Source: Octopus sinensis (taxonomy: Eukaryota). From it: 49,671 bases of DNA. A program made the translations under genes and the position numbers. Numbering within the stretch: position 1 is the first letter of the stretch; the number at the start of each line of letters is the position of its first letter. Below the pieces are notes generated by a model. It was not told where the DNA came from. It was given only the letters and a program-made list of their open reading frames with translations, and searched no databases. Where the stretch lies: the NCBI RefSeq assembly GCF_006345805.1, contig NW_021834306.1, forward strand, positions 1 through 49,671, read 5' to 3'. Shown here piece after piece: positions 47,401-49,671 of this stretch.

Positions 47401-49671
47401 TGACACTTTGAAACACTGTTGAATAAAGAAAATAAAGACTTTACTCCTTTCCAGAAAGAAGCAAAGGCGCTAAAAATCCCAATCACATTGGAAGAGATGA
47501 AATTAGCGATAAATAAACTGAAGAAGAAGAGTCCAATCACAGTGGAAAAAGTGAAATCGCCTGACAAGATAAGCCCTCAGCTTCTAAAATATTGGCCAAA
47601 GAAACTTAGCGACAGAAAACCCATAAATGACATCTTTGAAACTAATATCGATCTATGCATTGAAAATGCATTATTAATGCCCATAAAAACCGAAAAAAAC
47701 CAAACGGACCAGTTGAAAATCTCTGACCTAATACTCCTGAATTCGATGCGAAAGGTGCTGCCAAACATTGCACTAAGCCAGATAAAAAGTGTGTCGGATT
47801 AATACCGACAAGCAAGTCAAAGTGGGTTCCGAGAAGGGAGGTCTACGGCAGAGATTGTATTGGTAAAGCACTAAAGATTTAAGAGCGCAACGACCGTGTT
47901 GAGAATACATCTCTCCAGAGCAGTGTTTCCCAACCTGAGTTTTGCGCAAAATTTTAAGGGTTCCGGGGAGATCAGAAAAGCATATCGAAAAATAAAAATT
48001 CGAAATTAATTCACACGCATTTTTTTCTTCATCGTGAGGCATTGGTCGCAAAAACTATTGGACATTAAATTTTTTTGGACATATTGTAAAAATTATTAAT
48101 TATATCAGAATGAGGCCGTTGAAATTATGAAAGTTCTTGAAACTTTGTGAAAATACAGAACATTCATTTTTGCTTTTCCATGCTGAAGTAAGATGTCTCT
48201 CAAAGGAAACATGTTAATTCGTTTCTATGAACAAAGACACGAATTCTTGACATTCTGCATACAAGACAAGTTGGATAACTTTATTAAATGCCCTAATGAT
48301 GAATGTTAATGTTGCAAGATACCATGCTTTACCGATATTTTAATAAACTCAATGTTCTCAATATGCAAGAAAGAAATGAAAATCTTTTGAGTTTTACACA
48401 CAAAATAGCTGGTTTTAGGAAAAAAATAAAATATTAAAAAACATATAACAAATGGAAACTTGAAAATGTTTTCTCATGTGCAAGAAAGGAAGTGTAAAGA
48501 AATTATTCCATTAATTATTAATCATTTGGAGTCATTATTTATAAATTCAAAGAATTATTTTTCATCCATATGATTGGGTGAGGAATCCATTTGTTGAGCA
48601 CGAAATCACTTTAAACGAGCTATTATTTAAAGAGGAAAAAGAACCTGCGTTTATTTCAAGAGACAGAAGATAAGAAATGGAATATTTAGAGCGTAATTTC
48701 AAAAGAAAACAAAGCTTTAAGAGTTTTGATTTGGTTTTCAACGACTTATCGCTGCGAAGGTGGATTTTCTGTTTTAACAAAAAAATGCGCCAACTTACTA
48801 TATGTAGAACAAGGGTTCACCTCCTCGTGGAGACGATTGGATGCTGATTCTCTTTCAGTAACAAGCAGAACCAACCTTTTCCCCTTGCCAACCAACCTGT
48901 CAACGGTTTGGTTGGTAATGGCTACGAGACGAGCGTCAAGCTTACGTTCCCTGACTCTTTTGACTACAGATACGTTGTCAAAAATCAAAAAATATAAAGA
49001 ATCCCAAAATTTCGATGAACTTTTGGATAAGAAGGAGAAATATAAAGTCAAACAGCATTCAGAAACCTTATCGTTCACGACATCAACAACAAAGCATATT
49101 CCTTTCAATATCTTTATGGGAGTAAAGGGACCAAATGATGAAGAAATAAAAGCTCTCTGCGCGTTTTATGGAGAAGATGCTGATGCAGAAATTCAATTTA
49201 TTGAAAATGAAAATATTACGAAAAATTTGTTATCAACATACGAGAATCTAACGAAAGCAAGAGAAAAAATGAAAAGCAAACGGAAATGGAAATTCGACAA
49301 AAACGACATTAAGGTCGTTTAACGCGTGTTATGATGAGGATTAATGTCGGGGATAATGTTCTATTACGTCAAGATATTGATGCTAATCTACAGAATAGAA
49401 ATATCCATTATATGATCAAATTTATGCGAAAAAATATAAAGTTATTGCCAGAGAAAATATGAATTTTGATATTCAAGATGAAGAAGGATCTGTCGTAAAA
49501 AGAAAAAATATTGCGAGACTTTATAAAATGATCATCGGGAACGGACATGGCTTTTCCAACGCATATCAATAGCCATCTTGCGTGGGAATTGCCATTCCAT
49601 CCTATCCTCTGCTGCTAATTAAATATACATAATTATCATAAATTGATTCACTTTATAAAATTGATTAATGT
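44401..49671 (+). repeat. Permuted segmental duplication: 44401-44530 matches 25556-25683, then 44529-49671 matches 20373-25522
   Basis: Near-identical by eye, with identical ORFs offset by ~24.15 kb. The junction GGAGGAA-TA-TCAAGACC shares TA between the two donors. Confidence 0.96.
44529..46204 (+). pseudogene. SIN3: 5'-truncated SIN3 copy (no PAH domains), with indel frameshifts
   Basis: Starts mid-exon at YQDQL; +1 frameshift at ~44935 and further indels at 45240-45670 relative to 20373-22054. Confidence 0.85.

Overview
AT-rich eukaryotic (animal) nuclear DNA with very short GT-AG introns (22-29 nt in every intron I could check by reading frame). That intron size plus metazoan-type genes fits a dicyemid mesozoan best; this is an inference, not a database result. 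Bases 1-22 kb are a compact gene island: 3-unit polyubiquitin, CC2D1/Lgd, POP5, myosin essential light chain, TTC6-like TPR gene, a GAL3ST-family sulfotransferase and SIN3, with a few transposon relics. Bases 22-44.4 kb hold no recognisable host gene. They include an 11-kb nested stack (hAT > Tc1 > hAT > integrase-type TGT...ACA elements > LINE) with intact target-site duplications (TSDs) and a provable 226-bp internal inversion. Three different TGTC...GACA element families all sit in the same 5-bp target (TAATA/TATTA), and one of them carries a TTAGGG-containing minisatellite. Bases 44.4 kb to the end are a near-identical, circularly permuted copy of 20.4-25.7 kb (3' half of SIN3 plus relics), as expected from re-integration of a 5.3-kb DNA circle, although an assembly chimera is not excluded. 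No rRNA, tRNA or CRISPR array is supported.
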